NCBI GenBank assembly: GCA_964443105.1 | Contig: CAYUBU010000244.1 | Coordinates: forward strand, 1-34,152 | DNA length: 34,152 nucleotides | Direction of reading: 5' to 3' | Source of the DNA: an uncultured Nitrospirota bacterium | GTDB taxonomy: Bacteria; CG2-30-53-67 | Part shown: piece after piece, positions 9,048 through 16,719 of the stretch | Position numbering within the stretch: the stretch's first letter is position 1 | How the letters are laid out: every line of letters starts with the position of its first letter | Translations under genes and position numbers: made by a program | The notes under the pieces: model-generated | What the model was told of the DNA's origin: nothing | The model's input: the letters and a program-made list of their open reading frames with translations, nothing else | The model's database searches: none

Positions 9048-9566
9048 ATGAAAATCACCAAGGAATCGTACGTGACCATGGACTATGTCCTCAACCTCAA
9101 GTCGGGAGAAACGGTTGACCAGTCCGACCCGGAAACCCCCCTTGAGTTTGTCACCGGATACAACCAGATCATCCCTGGACTGGAAAAAGAATTGATGGGC
9201 AAGGAGGCGAAGGAGAGCTTTCAGGTGGTTGTGGAGCCCGAAGAGGCATACGGGCCCCATCAGACCGAGTTGATACAGAACATCCCCCTGAAGCAATTTC
9301 CCGAAGGCGTTGAGCTGGAGGTGGGGATGAGTTTTCAGGCCACGTCCCCCCAGGGCATGCCGATCAATTTTGTGGTCAAAGAAATCGAGCCTGAGGCCGC
9401 CGTGATCGACCTCAATCACCCCCTCGCCGGGAAGACCCTGATCTTCGATGTGGTCATCAAAGGGGTGCGCGCGGCAACGGAGGAAGAGCTGCATGCCCTG
9501 AAGCAGCCAGCCGCCTGCAACCCCGGGGACCAGTCAGGCTGCGGCGGCGGTTGCAGCTGCGGTTAA
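9048..9566 (+). CDS. slyD: FKBP-type peptidyl-prolyl cis-trans isomerase, SlyD-like, with a Cys-rich C-terminal tail.
   Basis: 172 aa. MKITKESYVTMDYVL...LEFVTGYNQIIPGLEKELMG...DLNHPLAGKTLIFDVVIKGVR is the SlyD/FkpB-type FKBP plus IF-domain pattern. The tail is CNPGDQSGCGGGCSCG. Confidence 0.88.
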   Translation: MKITKESYVTMDYVLNLKSGETVDQSDPETPLEFVTGYNQIIPGLEKELMGKEAKESFQVVVEPEEAYGPHQTELIQNIPLKQFPEGVELEVGMSFQATSPQGMPINFVVKEIEPEAAVIDLNHPLAGKTLIFDVVIKGVRAATEEELHALKQPAACNPGDQSGCGGGCSCG

Positions 9567-9615
9567 GCACTCACTGGTGCCGCTGATCCCACTTTTTATT
9601 CGGGCCTGCTTTTCT

Positions 9616-9651
9616 GCGAAAGCCTGCGGTCTCCCGCAGGCTTTCGCTTTT
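9616..9651 (+). terminator. Intrinsic terminator after slyD.
   Basis: Perfect 14-bp stem GCGAAAGCCTGCGG/CCGCAGGCTTTCGC with loop TCTC, followed by TTTT. Confidence 0.75.
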
Positions 9652-9706
9652 CCAGCCTTCTCCTCTTCCCGCAGCTTCCCAGGCATCTGCTAAACCCAGA
9701 TTCTTG

Positions 9707-9736
9707 TTGCACCCCTCTGCAAGAGCGTGATATTTT
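9707..9736 (+). promoter_or_regulatory. Weak candidate sigma-70 promoter for the NSS transporter gene (TTGCAC-N18-TATTTT with TG at the extended -10).
   Basis: Sequence is TTGCACccctctgcaagagcgTGaTATTTT, about 50 nt upstream of the ATG at 9788. Confidence 0.25.
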
Positions 9737-9787
9737 TCCCCTTCTTACCGGTCTGCCGGACCGCCCGGGCTTTAAGGAGAAAATCCC

Positions 9788-11314
9788 ATGGTTACAAGGA
9801 AAGCAAACCGGAGTCAGTGGAAGTCACGCACCGGTTTTATACTCGCGGCCATCGGCTCCGCCGTGGGTCTCGGGAATATCTGGCGCTTCTCGTACCTCGC
9901 CTACGAAAACGGCGGCGGCGCCTTTCTCATCCCCTATCTGACCGCCCTTTTCACGGCGGGCATTCCCCTGCTGATACTCGAATTCGGCATCGGCCATGAA
10001 CGGATCGGGAGCGCCCCTTTAGCCTTCGCCAAAATACGGAAGAACTGGGAATGGCTCGGATGGTGGCCGGTTATTTTCGTCATGTTCGGCATCGTTCTCT
10101 ACTACTCGGTCATCATTGCCTGGTGCCTCGATTACGTCTTCTTCTCTCTCAGACTCTCCTGGGGGGATGATCCCGACTCCTTTTTCTTCAAGACATTCCT
10201 TCAGATCAGCGATGGGCCCTCCCAGGTGGGAAGCATTCAGACGCCCATTCTGGCCGGCCTCGTCGTGGTGTGGGGTCTTTCCTGGGCCATCATCGTCCGG
10301 GGTGTCAGCCGGGGCATCGAGCTGGCCAACCGGATATTCATGCCCCTGCTCCTCGTGCTGACCCTCGGCCTGGTGCTCTGGTCGATCCAGCTCGACGGGG
10401 CATCTATCGGCATTGAGGCTTATCTGAAGCCCGATTTTTCCCGGCTCGCCGAACCAAAAGTCTGGATCAGCGCCTACGGCCAGATCTTCTTCACCTTAAG
10501 CCTCGGTTTCGGCATCATGATCGCCTACGCCAGCTATCTTCCCCACAAGACCGATATCACCGGAAGCGCCTTGGTGACCGCCCTGGCCAACAGCGGTTTC
10601 TCGCTCCTGGCCGGTTTGGGTGTCTTCTCGGTACTCGGTTTCATGTCTTTCTCCCAGAACCTGCCCATGGAAGAAGTGGTCAACCAGAGCATCGGCCTGG
10701 CTTTCGTCGCGTACCCCAAAGCCATTTCCCTGATGGGACCGGCGGGACCCCTCTTCGGCGCCCTCTTCTTCGCCAGCCTGGTGGTCGCCGGTCTCTCGTC
10801 GGCCGTCTCCATCGTGGAAGCCTTCACGTCGGCCGTGGTGGACAAGTTCGGCACCGACAGAAAGCTGCTGGCGACCCTCCTGTCAGTCGCCGGTTTTCTG
10901 GGCGGCATCATTTTTACCACCCAGGGCGGACTCTTCTGGCTCGATATCGTGGACCATTTCATCAACGCCTACGGCCTGGTGGTCGTCGGTCTTCTGGAGT
11001 GCCTCGTGGTGGGATGGTTGTTCCGTCTGAATACCATACGCAATCACCTCAACAAGGTTTCCCGCCTCCAGCTCGGCCCATGGTGGAACTGGACCATCAA
11101 GTTCATTCTGCCTGCCGTGCTCGGGGTCATCCTCGTCAACCAGATCACCCAGGAGTTTTCCGAGGCCTACGGCGGCTATTCCTGGGCCAGCCTCATCTCC
11201 ATCGGCTGGAACTGGGTTCTCATCACCTTCCTCCTCTCGTTCATTTTTGCCGTTCGGCCCTGGCGTTCCGGCGCCCATCTGGAACCGGGACGGACCGACG
11301 GCCATCCTGATTGA
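9788..11314 (+). CDS. Sodium-dependent transporter, neurotransmitter:sodium symporter (NSS/SNF) family.
   Basis: 508 aa. The N-terminus WKSRTGFILAAIGSAVGLGNIWRFSYLAYENGGGAFLIPYL is the hallmark NSS signature, and the protein has about 12 TM segments. Confidence 0.92.
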   Translation: MVTRKANRSQWKSRTGFILAAIGSAVGLGNIWRFSYLAYENGGGAFLIPYLTALFTAGIPLLILEFGIGHERIGSAPLAFAKIRKNWEWLGWWPVIFVMFGIVLYYSVIIAWCLDYVFFSLRLSWGDDPDSFFFKTFLQISDGPSQVGSIQTPILAGLVVVWGLSWAIIVRGVSRGIELANRIFMPLLLVLTLGLVLWSIQLDGASIGIEAYLKPDFSRLAEPKVWISAYGQIFFTLSLGFGIMIAYASYLPHKTDITGSALVTALANSGFSLLAGLGVFSVLGFMSFSQNLPMEEVVNQSIGLAFVAYPKAISLMGPAGPLFGALFFASLVVAGLSSAVSIVEAFTSAVVDKFGTDRKLLATLLSVAGFLGGIIFTTQGGLFWLDIVDHFINAYGLVVVGLLECLVVGWLFRLNTIRNHLNKVSRLQLGPWWNWTIKFILPAVLGVILVNQITQEFSEAYGGYSWASLISIGWNWVLITFLLSFIFAVRPWRSGAHLEPGRTDGHPD

Positions 11315-11333
11315 AGACCTCCTGCTGGGGGAT

Positions 11334-11363
11334 AGGTTGCCAGGCAGGCCTGCCTGGCAACCT
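11334..11363. repeat. Perfect 28-30 bp GC-rich palindrome (aGGTTGCCAGGCAGG|CCTGCCTGGCAACCt), copy A of a REP-like element.
   Basis: It lies 20 nt after the NSS gene stop and has no U-tract. It is 24/28 identical to 14171-14198. Confidence 0.7.
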
Positions 11364-11483
11364 CATTCCGCCCTTCTTCCGGCGGAAGACACCTTCTGCT
11401 GTGACATAGATCACTGTCCACCGCCCTGCCCGACTGTTAAGCTGGTCAACAAAACGGGGAACATCCCCCTGAAGGAGGTCGAC

Positions 11484-11621
11484 ATGTCAGAAATCAAGCC
11501 CGGCTGCTTCATGTGTCAGGTCACCGACGACCAGAATGTGCTCATCCCCTGCCGGAAGGAAGGGAAGGAACTCTGGGTCTGCGTCCGGTGTTTACCCCCC
11601 CTGATCCACGGTCAGCACTGA
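11484..11621 (+). CDS. 45-aa C4 zinc-ribbon micro-protein (hypothetical).
   Basis: A strong SD (AAGGAGG) sits 5 nt upstream of the ATG. The peptide is MSEIKPGCFMCQVTDDQNVLIPCRKEGKELWVCVRCLPPLIHGQH, with CxxC-N21-CxxC spacing. The longer track ORF (11247-) has no SD and crosses the palindrome. Confidence 0.5.
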   Translation: MSEIKPGCFMCQVTDDQNVLIPCRKEGKELWVCVRCLPPLIHGQH

Positions 11622-11707
11622 GAGCCATCAGAGGCGTTCCGCGGCGGGCCCTTGACCCCACAGCCCCTTGACTTCAGCGCGCCGGGGGACGGGCTTTCAG
11701 CAACGAG

Positions 11708-12091
11708 GTGAAGATGGCCCTTTTGTTTTCCCGCCGGCGAACACCGGAAGAAAAAATCCGCAAGGACATCGGTGTCCTGGCCGACCTGACCGAGATCTAC
11801 TGCTGTCAAAACCACCAGGAGCGCGAACGACGCCCCATCGCCGTGAAAGGTTCGCTCATCGACTACGCCGGCGAATTAAAGGTTCACGTCTGCGGCGAAT
11901 GCAGCAAACTCATCCTCCACGGCACGGTGATGCGGATCCGCTGCCCCATGGACCCTAAGCCCGAGTGCAAATACTGCCCCGACCATTGTTATCATGAAAA
12001 ATACCGAGAACAGGTCCGGGAGGTCATGCGCTTCGCCTGGCGGCATATGGTGAAACGGGGGCGCTTTGACATCATCCTCCGGCATATGTAA
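11708..12091 (+). CDS. ygbA: YgbA-type 'nitrous oxide-stimulated promoter' family protein (Cys-rich).
   Basis: CGECSKLILHGTVMRIRCPMDPKPECKYCPDHCYHEKYREQVREVMRFAWRHM matches my recollection of the YgbA_NO family pattern (C..C...Y...R...CP....KP.C..C..HCY). The more likely start is ATG 11714, which has GAGG 5 nt upstream. Confidence 0.75.
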   Translation: MKMALLFSRRRTPEEKIRKDIGVLADLTEIYCCQNHQERERRPIAVKGSLIDYAGELKVHVCGECSKLILHGTVMRIRCPMDPKPECKYCPDHCYHEKYREQVREVMRFAWRHMVKRGRFDIILRHM

Positions 12092-12233
12092 CCCCTGGGG
12101 TACCGGGAGCTTTGCACACACCACAAGAGAAAAAGTCAGAGCAGTCCAATCCCCATCCTGCTTATCCACACCAACCTTCCTGGCTGATTCCCTCCGTCAG
12201 GACTGATTTTCCATTGGTCCGCCCGCCGGATTC

Positions 12234-13439
12234 GTGTATGATTCCTCAGACGCGCCCTTTGTGCCGCGGCGGACAGGCAATCAGCGGAGCAACAACCCTA
12301 TGTATCAATATCAGAAATCCGATCGCTACTTCGCGCAGATTGCCGAGGGCTGCGAGGAGGCCGGCGCCGGGGAGCTGCAGGAACTCAAAGCCGAGGATGT
12401 CCGACCGGCCTTCCGGGGGATCTACTTTAAGGCAAGCCGGGAGACTCTTTACGGAATCAACTACCGGGCCCGCCTCCCTAACAGGATTTTGGCTCCCCTT
12501 ATCACCTTCGACTGCCATAGCATTCGATACCTTCAGAAGACGGCGCGGACGATTCGGTGGGAGGACTTTGTCCGTATCGATCAGACTTTCGCAATCAAGG
12601 CCAATGTGGCCAACAGCCGGATCGGCCATTCCCAGTATGCCGCGCTCTCCCTGAAGGATGCCATCGTCGACGGCTTCCGGGAAAAGGTCGGTCAACGCCC
12701 CAGCATCGACCCCGTTAACCCGGACCTGTGGATCAATCTTCACATTCAGAAGAACCGGGCCACCATCAGTATCGACACCTCCGGCGGCTCTCTCCACCGA
12801 AGGAAATACCGAGAGCAGAGTGTGGAAGCACCCCTTCTGGAAACCGTGGGCGCCGCCATCATACGCCTCACCGAATGGAACGGCTCCCGGCCGCTCTACG
12901 ACCCCCTGTGCGGCTCCGGCACACTGATCGCTGAAGCCCTCATGGCCTATTGCCGGATTCCCGCAGGTTGCCTGAGGGACCGGTTCGGCTTTGAGAATCT
13001 CCCCGACTTCGATCGCCGCCTGTGGACTTCCATCAAGGAGGAGGCCGAAAGAGGGATCCGTCCCCCGACACCGGGGCTGATCGGGGCCAGTGATCTCTCG
13101 GCGGAAGCCGTCAAAGCGACGGGCACCAACTTGAGGCGCCTGCCCTATGGTGATCAAATCGACGTGAAGCAGACCGATTTTAGGGACATCAAGGCTCTGG
13201 AGGATATGGTCCTCCTCTGCAACCCCCCTTACGGCATTCGAATGAAAAGGGGACCCAACCTGGGCGACTTCTACCGCCAGTTGGGTGATTTCCTCAAACA
13301 GCGGTGTCAAGGCTCCACGGCGTACATCTACTTCGGCAACCGGGAGATGATCGGTCACGTCGGTCTCAGACCCTCGTGGAAGAAGCCCCTCTCCAATGGC
13401 GGCCTTGACGGAAGGCTGGTAAAGTATGAGCTTTATTAA
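12234..13439 (+). CDS. THUMP-domain class I SAM-dependent RNA methyltransferase (RlmL/YpsC-like, COG0116).
   Basis: It has an N-terminal THUMP-like region (IYFKASRETLYGINYRARLPNRILAPL). SAM motif I is DPLCGSGTLIAEA and motif IV is LLCNPPYG. A likely alternative start is ATG 12300 (MYQYQKSDRYF...). Confidence 0.85.
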   Translation: MYDSSDAPFVPRRTGNQRSNNPMYQYQKSDRYFAQIAEGCEEAGAGELQELKAEDVRPAFRGIYFKASRETLYGINYRARLPNRILAPLITFDCHSIRYLQKTARTIRWEDFVRIDQTFAIKANVANSRIGHSQYAALSLKDAIVDGFREKVGQRPSIDPVNPDLWINLHIQKNRATISIDTSGGSLHRRKYREQSVEAPLLETVGAAIIRLTEWNGSRPLYDPLCGSGTLIAEALMAYCRIPAGCLRDRFGFENLPDFDRRLWTSIKEEAERGIRPPTPGLIGASDLSAEAVKATGTNLRRLPYGDQIDVKQTDFRDIKALEDMVLLCNPPYGIRMKRGPNLGDFYRQLGDFLKQRCQGSTAYIYFGNREMIGHVGLRPSWKKPLSNGGLDGRLVKYELY

Positions 13440-13488
13440 TCTGGAAACGAATCGAAGCGGCCCATGGCCGCATCCCTGGAGGCCGATC

Positions 13489-14142
13489 ATGATACGGATT
13501 TCCATAGTCGGTGCCCTCTGCATCCTGCTGTGGTGCACCGGCTGCAAAACCACCGCAGCCCTCTACACCCTGTCCATTGAAGTCGATCCGGCCCTCACGG
13601 AACCCCTTCAGGTATCAGACGAGGCCATTACCTTTGAGGACCGGGGCATCTGGGGCGCCATCCTCCCCCTCGATTTCAACCAACTGGACGATCCCGCCGC
13701 CCTGGACAAAGCGTGGAACTTTGCCAACCCTCTGGCGGGGATCTATGAGCCGTACCATGAACCGATCCTTTTTTATTTGATTATGGAGAATCGGTCCGAC
13801 CTGCCGGTCAGCTTCAACACGTCGGCCAGCTTCTCTCTCACCTTCGAGGGCCTGCCCCTTTTTCCCATCGAATACGACAACCTCTATCAGGATTTGTATC
13901 AACGGAGTGACGGCGGCCCCCGCATCCAGAACACGAAGAAACTGCTCTTCACGAGTCAGCCCACCTTGTTGCCCGGTGAGCATGCCCGGGGACTCATCCT
14001 CTTCAGACGTCCCGACCCCGGCAAAAGGGAAGCAAAGTCGCTCATATTCCGTATGAAGCGGCTTCACGTGGGCAAGAACGAGGTCAATTTCCTCGTTCCC
14101 TTCCGCTTAACCATGGAAAAAATCGAACCGGGCAAACCCTAG
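13489..14142 (+). CDS. Hypothetical exported protein or probable lipoprotein.
   Basis: The ATG at 13489 follows CTGGAGG. The signal peptide is MIRISIVGALCILLWCTGCKTT, whose TGC lipobox is imperfect. I recognise no domain. The track ORF start at 13426 overlaps the upstream gene and lacks an SD. Confidence 0.65.
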   Translation: MIRISIVGALCILLWCTGCKTTAALYTLSIEVDPALTEPLQVSDEAITFEDRGIWGAILPLDFNQLDDPAALDKAWNFANPLAGIYEPYHEPILFYLIMENRSDLPVSFNTSASFSLTFEGLPLFPIEYDNLYQDLYQRSDGGPRIQNTKKLLFTSQPTLLPGEHARGLILFRRPDPGKREAKSLIFRMKRLHVGKNEVNFLVPFRLTMEKIEPGKP

Positions 14143-14170
14143 CCCGGCGCTGAGTACTGATGAGGCAGCG

Positions 14171-14198
14171 GGGTGCCGGGCAGGCCTGCCGGGCACCC
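14171..14198. repeat. 28-bp GC-rich near-palindrome (GGGTGCCGGGCAGG|CCTGCCGGGCACCC), copy B of the REP-like element.
   Basis: It lies 29 nt after the stop of the 13489-14142 gene. The hairpin has one G-G mismatch. It is 24/28 identical to 11335-11362. Confidence 0.65.
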
Positions 14199-14241
14199 TT
14201 ATTCATTTCCCCTTTGCGAACAGAAGAAAGGAGATGGCTTC

Positions 14242-14271
14242 TTGACACGCTTTTCCTTCTGTGATTTTATA
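14242..14271 (+). promoter_or_regulatory. Candidate sigma-70 promoter of the TPR/Zn-ribbon/pfp operon (TTGACA-N18-TTTATA).
   Basis: Sequence is cTTGACAcgcttttccttctgtgatTTTATAgg, about 30 nt upstream of the CDS start at 14303. Confidence 0.3.
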
Positions 14272-14302
14272 GGGCTTTATTTTTGGGGATTTAACAGCAA
14301 AG

Positions 14303-14986
14303 GTGCTGTCCATGGGCGATGACGACAAAATTGACGCGACACCGGAAGCCGAAGGGCTCCGGAATGTTGAATTGGAACGGATCGTTCACAACTATCAACA
14401 GTACCTTCGCTTTTATCCCGACTCTGCCGAAACCCATTACAACCTGGGGCTCGTCTATGGCCAGTACGGTCGTTTGGATGAGGCCGTTGAGGCCTACTGC
14501 CGGGCCATCGAACTCAAGCCCGACCTGGTGCAGGCCTATCTGAACCTGTCGGGCATCTATCTGCAGCAGGGAAAGTCCGAGGAGTCCATCGGCCATATTC
14601 AAAAGGCCATTGAGATCCGTCCCGATTTTCCCCTCTCCTACAGCAACCTCGGGTTTGTCTATATCCAGCTGGGACGGTTCGACGAAGGCATTCAAGCCTG
14701 CGAGAGGGCCCTGGAAATCGATCCCGCCTTCCAGGACGCCCGGCTGAAACTGGCTCTGGCCTATCTGCAAAAGGAAGACGATGATGCGGTGATCCGTGTC
14801 TGCCGTGAAACCCTGGAAATGGCTGCCGATGCCGGGTGGGCGGAAAACTATCTGGCCGTGGCTTACTACCACAAAAAGGAATACAAGAAAGCCGTGGAAC
14901 ACTGTGCCCGGGCCTTGGATCTGGAATTCAAGGTCGATCGTCAGCTGCTCCGGGACCTGGAGTCCTATGTGCCGAAGCCCGAATAG
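14303..14986 (+). CDS. Tetratricopeptide (TPR) repeat protein.
   Basis: 227 aa with about 5-6 tandem 34-aa repeats. Examples are AETHYNLGLVYGQYGRLDEAVEAYCRAIELKPD, VQAYLNLSGIYLQQGKSEESIGHIQKAIEIRPD and PLSYSNLGFVYIQLGRFDEGIQACERALEIDP. The start is GTG at 14303 or ATG at 14312. Confidence 0.85.
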   Translation: MLSMGDDDKIDATPEAEGLRNVELERIVHNYQQYLRFYPDSAETHYNLGLVYGQYGRLDEAVEAYCRAIELKPDLVQAYLNLSGIYLQQGKSEESIGHIQKAIEIRPDFPLSYSNLGFVYIQLGRFDEGIQACERALEIDPAFQDARLKLALAYLQKEDDDAVIRVCRETLEMAADAGWAENYLAVAYYHKKEYKKAVEHCARALDLEFKVDRQLLRDLESYVPKPE

Positions 14987-15001
14987 CAGGAGCCAATCAC
15001 C

Positions 15002-15364
15002 ATGCGCCGTCAAAAAGAGAAAAGACCCAAGGCCTTCTGTCCCTTCTGCAAGGGGGAAATTCCGAAACCCACCGCCACCAAGGCCACGCCGATGCGCAGC
15101 TTTCCCGGCGGTACCTGCCCTTGCGGGGTGGTCTTTGTCTCGGATCTGACAGGCAAGAACGGCGGCGAGGCACTGGTGGAAGCCGTGGCCCGGGTCTGTA
15201 ACGACGACCTGGACGCCCTTTGGTCCCTGGACGAAGGGGAGGATTACACCGTCAAAGTCATGAGCTACGATTCCAGAACACACAGCTTCAACAAGCGTGG
15301 CCACTATAAAGACGGAATGGAAAGACTCTACTTTGTCAAGCTGCACAGAAAAGCACACCCATAG
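15002..15364 (+). CDS. Hypothetical protein with an N-terminal zinc-ribbon (CPFC...CPCG).
   Basis: 120 aa. AGGAG lies 9 nt upstream of the ATG. The gene sits between the TPR gene and pfp with 15-nt and 10-nt gaps. Confidence 0.6.
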   Translation: MRRQKEKRPKAFCPFCKGEIPKPTATKATPMRSFPGGTCPCGVVFVSDLTGKNGGEALVEAVARVCNDDLDALWSLDEGEDYTVKVMSYDSRTHSFNKRGHYKDGMERLYFVKLHRKAHP

Positions 15365-15374
15365 GAGGAAAACC

Positions 15375-16604
15375 ATGGCAGACAAGATAGCAATCGTCGT
15401 AGGCGGCGGTCCCGCTCCCGGCATCAACGGCGTCATCTGTGCCGCGAGCATCGAGGCGATCAATCAGGGACGGGAAGCCGTCGGGATTGTCGACGGGTTC
15501 AAATGGCTCGCCCAGGGAGACACGGGCCATGTGCGGCCTCTCACCTTGTCCCATGTGTCCAGGATCCATCTCAAAGGGGGGTCCATCCTGAGGACCTCCC
15601 GTGAAAACCCCACCAAGAGTCCTGAGAAGATGGCCAACGTCGTCCGGGCCCTGACGGCGCTGGATGTGGGCTACCTGGTCACCATCGGCGGCGATGACAC
15701 CGCTTTCACCGCGAGCCAGGTGGAGAAGGAGGCTCAGGGAAAGATTGCCGTCTGCCATGTCCCCAAGACCATCGACAACGACTTGCCTCTACCGCCGGAA
15801 GTACCCACCTTCGGTTTTGATACGGCCCGGGAGATGGGGACCCAACTGGTCCAGAATCTGATGGAAGACGCCCAGACCGCGGCCCGATGGTACTTTGTCA
15901 TCGCCATGGGCCGTTCCGCCGGCCATCTGGCTCTCGGCATGGGGACAGGCGCAGGCGCCACCGTCACCCTCATTCCCGAAGAACTGGGAGAGGGCTATTC
16001 GCTGCGTAAAGTGCTGAACATCCTGGAAGGGGCCATTATTAAACGGCGGGCCCTCGGCAAGGACCACGGCGTTGCGGTGATTGCCGAAGGGGTCGCTGCC
16101 CGTTTGGACCCGGCCTCCTTCTCCTTTGTGGAAGACGCCCCGAAAGACGAGCATGGCAATATCCGTCTGGCGGAAATCCCCTTCGGTACGATTCTCAAGA
16201 ACGAAGTGAAAAAGGAACTGGCTGAAATGGGAGTCAAAACAACCATTGTGGCCAAGGACATCGGCTATGAACTCCGGTGCCAGGCACCGACAGCCTTTGA
16301 TCGGCAATATACCCGGATGCTCGGTTCCAGCGCCGTCCGATTTCTGCTCGACGGCGTCTCGGGAAGCATGGTCCTTTTTCAGGACGGGAAGGCCACGGCC
16401 GTCCCCTTCGCCAAGCTCATGGACCCCAAGACCGGCAAGACCCGCGTTCGTACGGTGGAGACTCATTCAGAGGTCTTTCAGGTGGCCCGGCGCTATATGA
16501 TCCGATTAAACCCCGACGATCTGACAGGCGAGTCGCTGCAGCGGCTGGCGGAAACGGCGCACATGAGTCCTGAAGACTTCAAAACGCGGTTCCAGGACGC
16601 CTGA
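15375..16604 (+). CDS. pfp: 6-phosphofructokinase with PPi-dependent-type signature (pyrophosphate--fructose-6-phosphate 1-phosphotransferase).
   Basis: 409 aa from ATG 15375, which has AGGAGG 6 nt upstream. The sequence runs MADKIAIVVGGGPAPGINGVI...TIGGDDTAFTA...HVPKTIDNDL...MGR. GGDDT (not GGDGS) and PKTIDND (not PGTIDND) are the Asp104/Lys124-type signatures associated with PPi use. The track ORF start at 15297 overlaps the upstream gene. Confidence 0.88.
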   Translation: MADKIAIVVGGGPAPGINGVICAASIEAINQGREAVGIVDGFKWLAQGDTGHVRPLTLSHVSRIHLKGGSILRTSRENPTKSPEKMANVVRALTALDVGYLVTIGGDDTAFTASQVEKEAQGKIAVCHVPKTIDNDLPLPPEVPTFGFDTAREMGTQLVQNLMEDAQTAARWYFVIAMGRSAGHLALGMGTGAGATVTLIPEELGEGYSLRKVLNILEGAIIKRRALGKDHGVAVIAEGVAARLDPASFSFVEDAPKDEHGNIRLAEIPFGTILKNEVKKELAEMGVKTTIVAKDIGYELRCQAPTAFDRQYTRMLGSSAVRFLLDGVSGSMVLFQDGKATAVPFAKLMDPKTGKTRVRTVETHSEVFQVARRYMIRLNPDDLTGESLQRLAETAHMSPEDFKTRFQDA

Positions 16605-16654
16605 TCCCAGAGGTCGGGATATCGGTTGCTGGCTTTGCTGATCAGGGAAGAGAG

Positions 16655-16702
16655 GAATAAAATGGGGAGGAAGAGCTCCGCGCAAAGGGAGCTCTTCCTC
16701 CC
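16655..16702 (-). terminator. Hairpin terminator between convergent genes. It is best oriented for the minus-strand gene and may be bidirectional.
   Basis: Perfect 15-bp stem GGGAGGAAGAGCTCC (16665-16679) / GGAGCTCTTCCTCCC (16688-16702). On the minus strand it is followed by CATTTTATTCC. Confidence 0.55.
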
Positions 16703-16719
16703 GCTGAAGAGGAGAACCT

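Noticed and set aside
9707-9723. Sigma-54-like TTGCACccctcTGCAA upstream of the NSS gene.
   Set aside because: The invariant GG of the -24 element is missing (TTGCAC instead of TGGCAC).
11619-11709. Possible selenocysteine read-through of the TGA ending the 45-aa zinc-ribbon ORF.
   Set aside because: The read-through frame gives an unremarkable 29-codon extension ending at another TGA. I saw no convincing SECIS-like hairpin immediately 3' of the TGA.
12246-13553. 435-aa minus-strand ORF antisense to the THUMP methyltransferase gene.
   Set aside because: Its composition is low-complexity and rich in R, G, P and A, it has no recognisable motifs, and it fully overlaps a plus-strand gene with clear SAM-methyltransferase motifs. 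This is the typical shadow ORF of a GC-rich genome.
14291-15463. 390-aa minus-strand ORF antisense to the TPR and Zn-ribbon genes.
   Set aside because: The opposite strand encodes unmistakable TPR repeats and SD-preceded genes. The antisense translation has no domain features.
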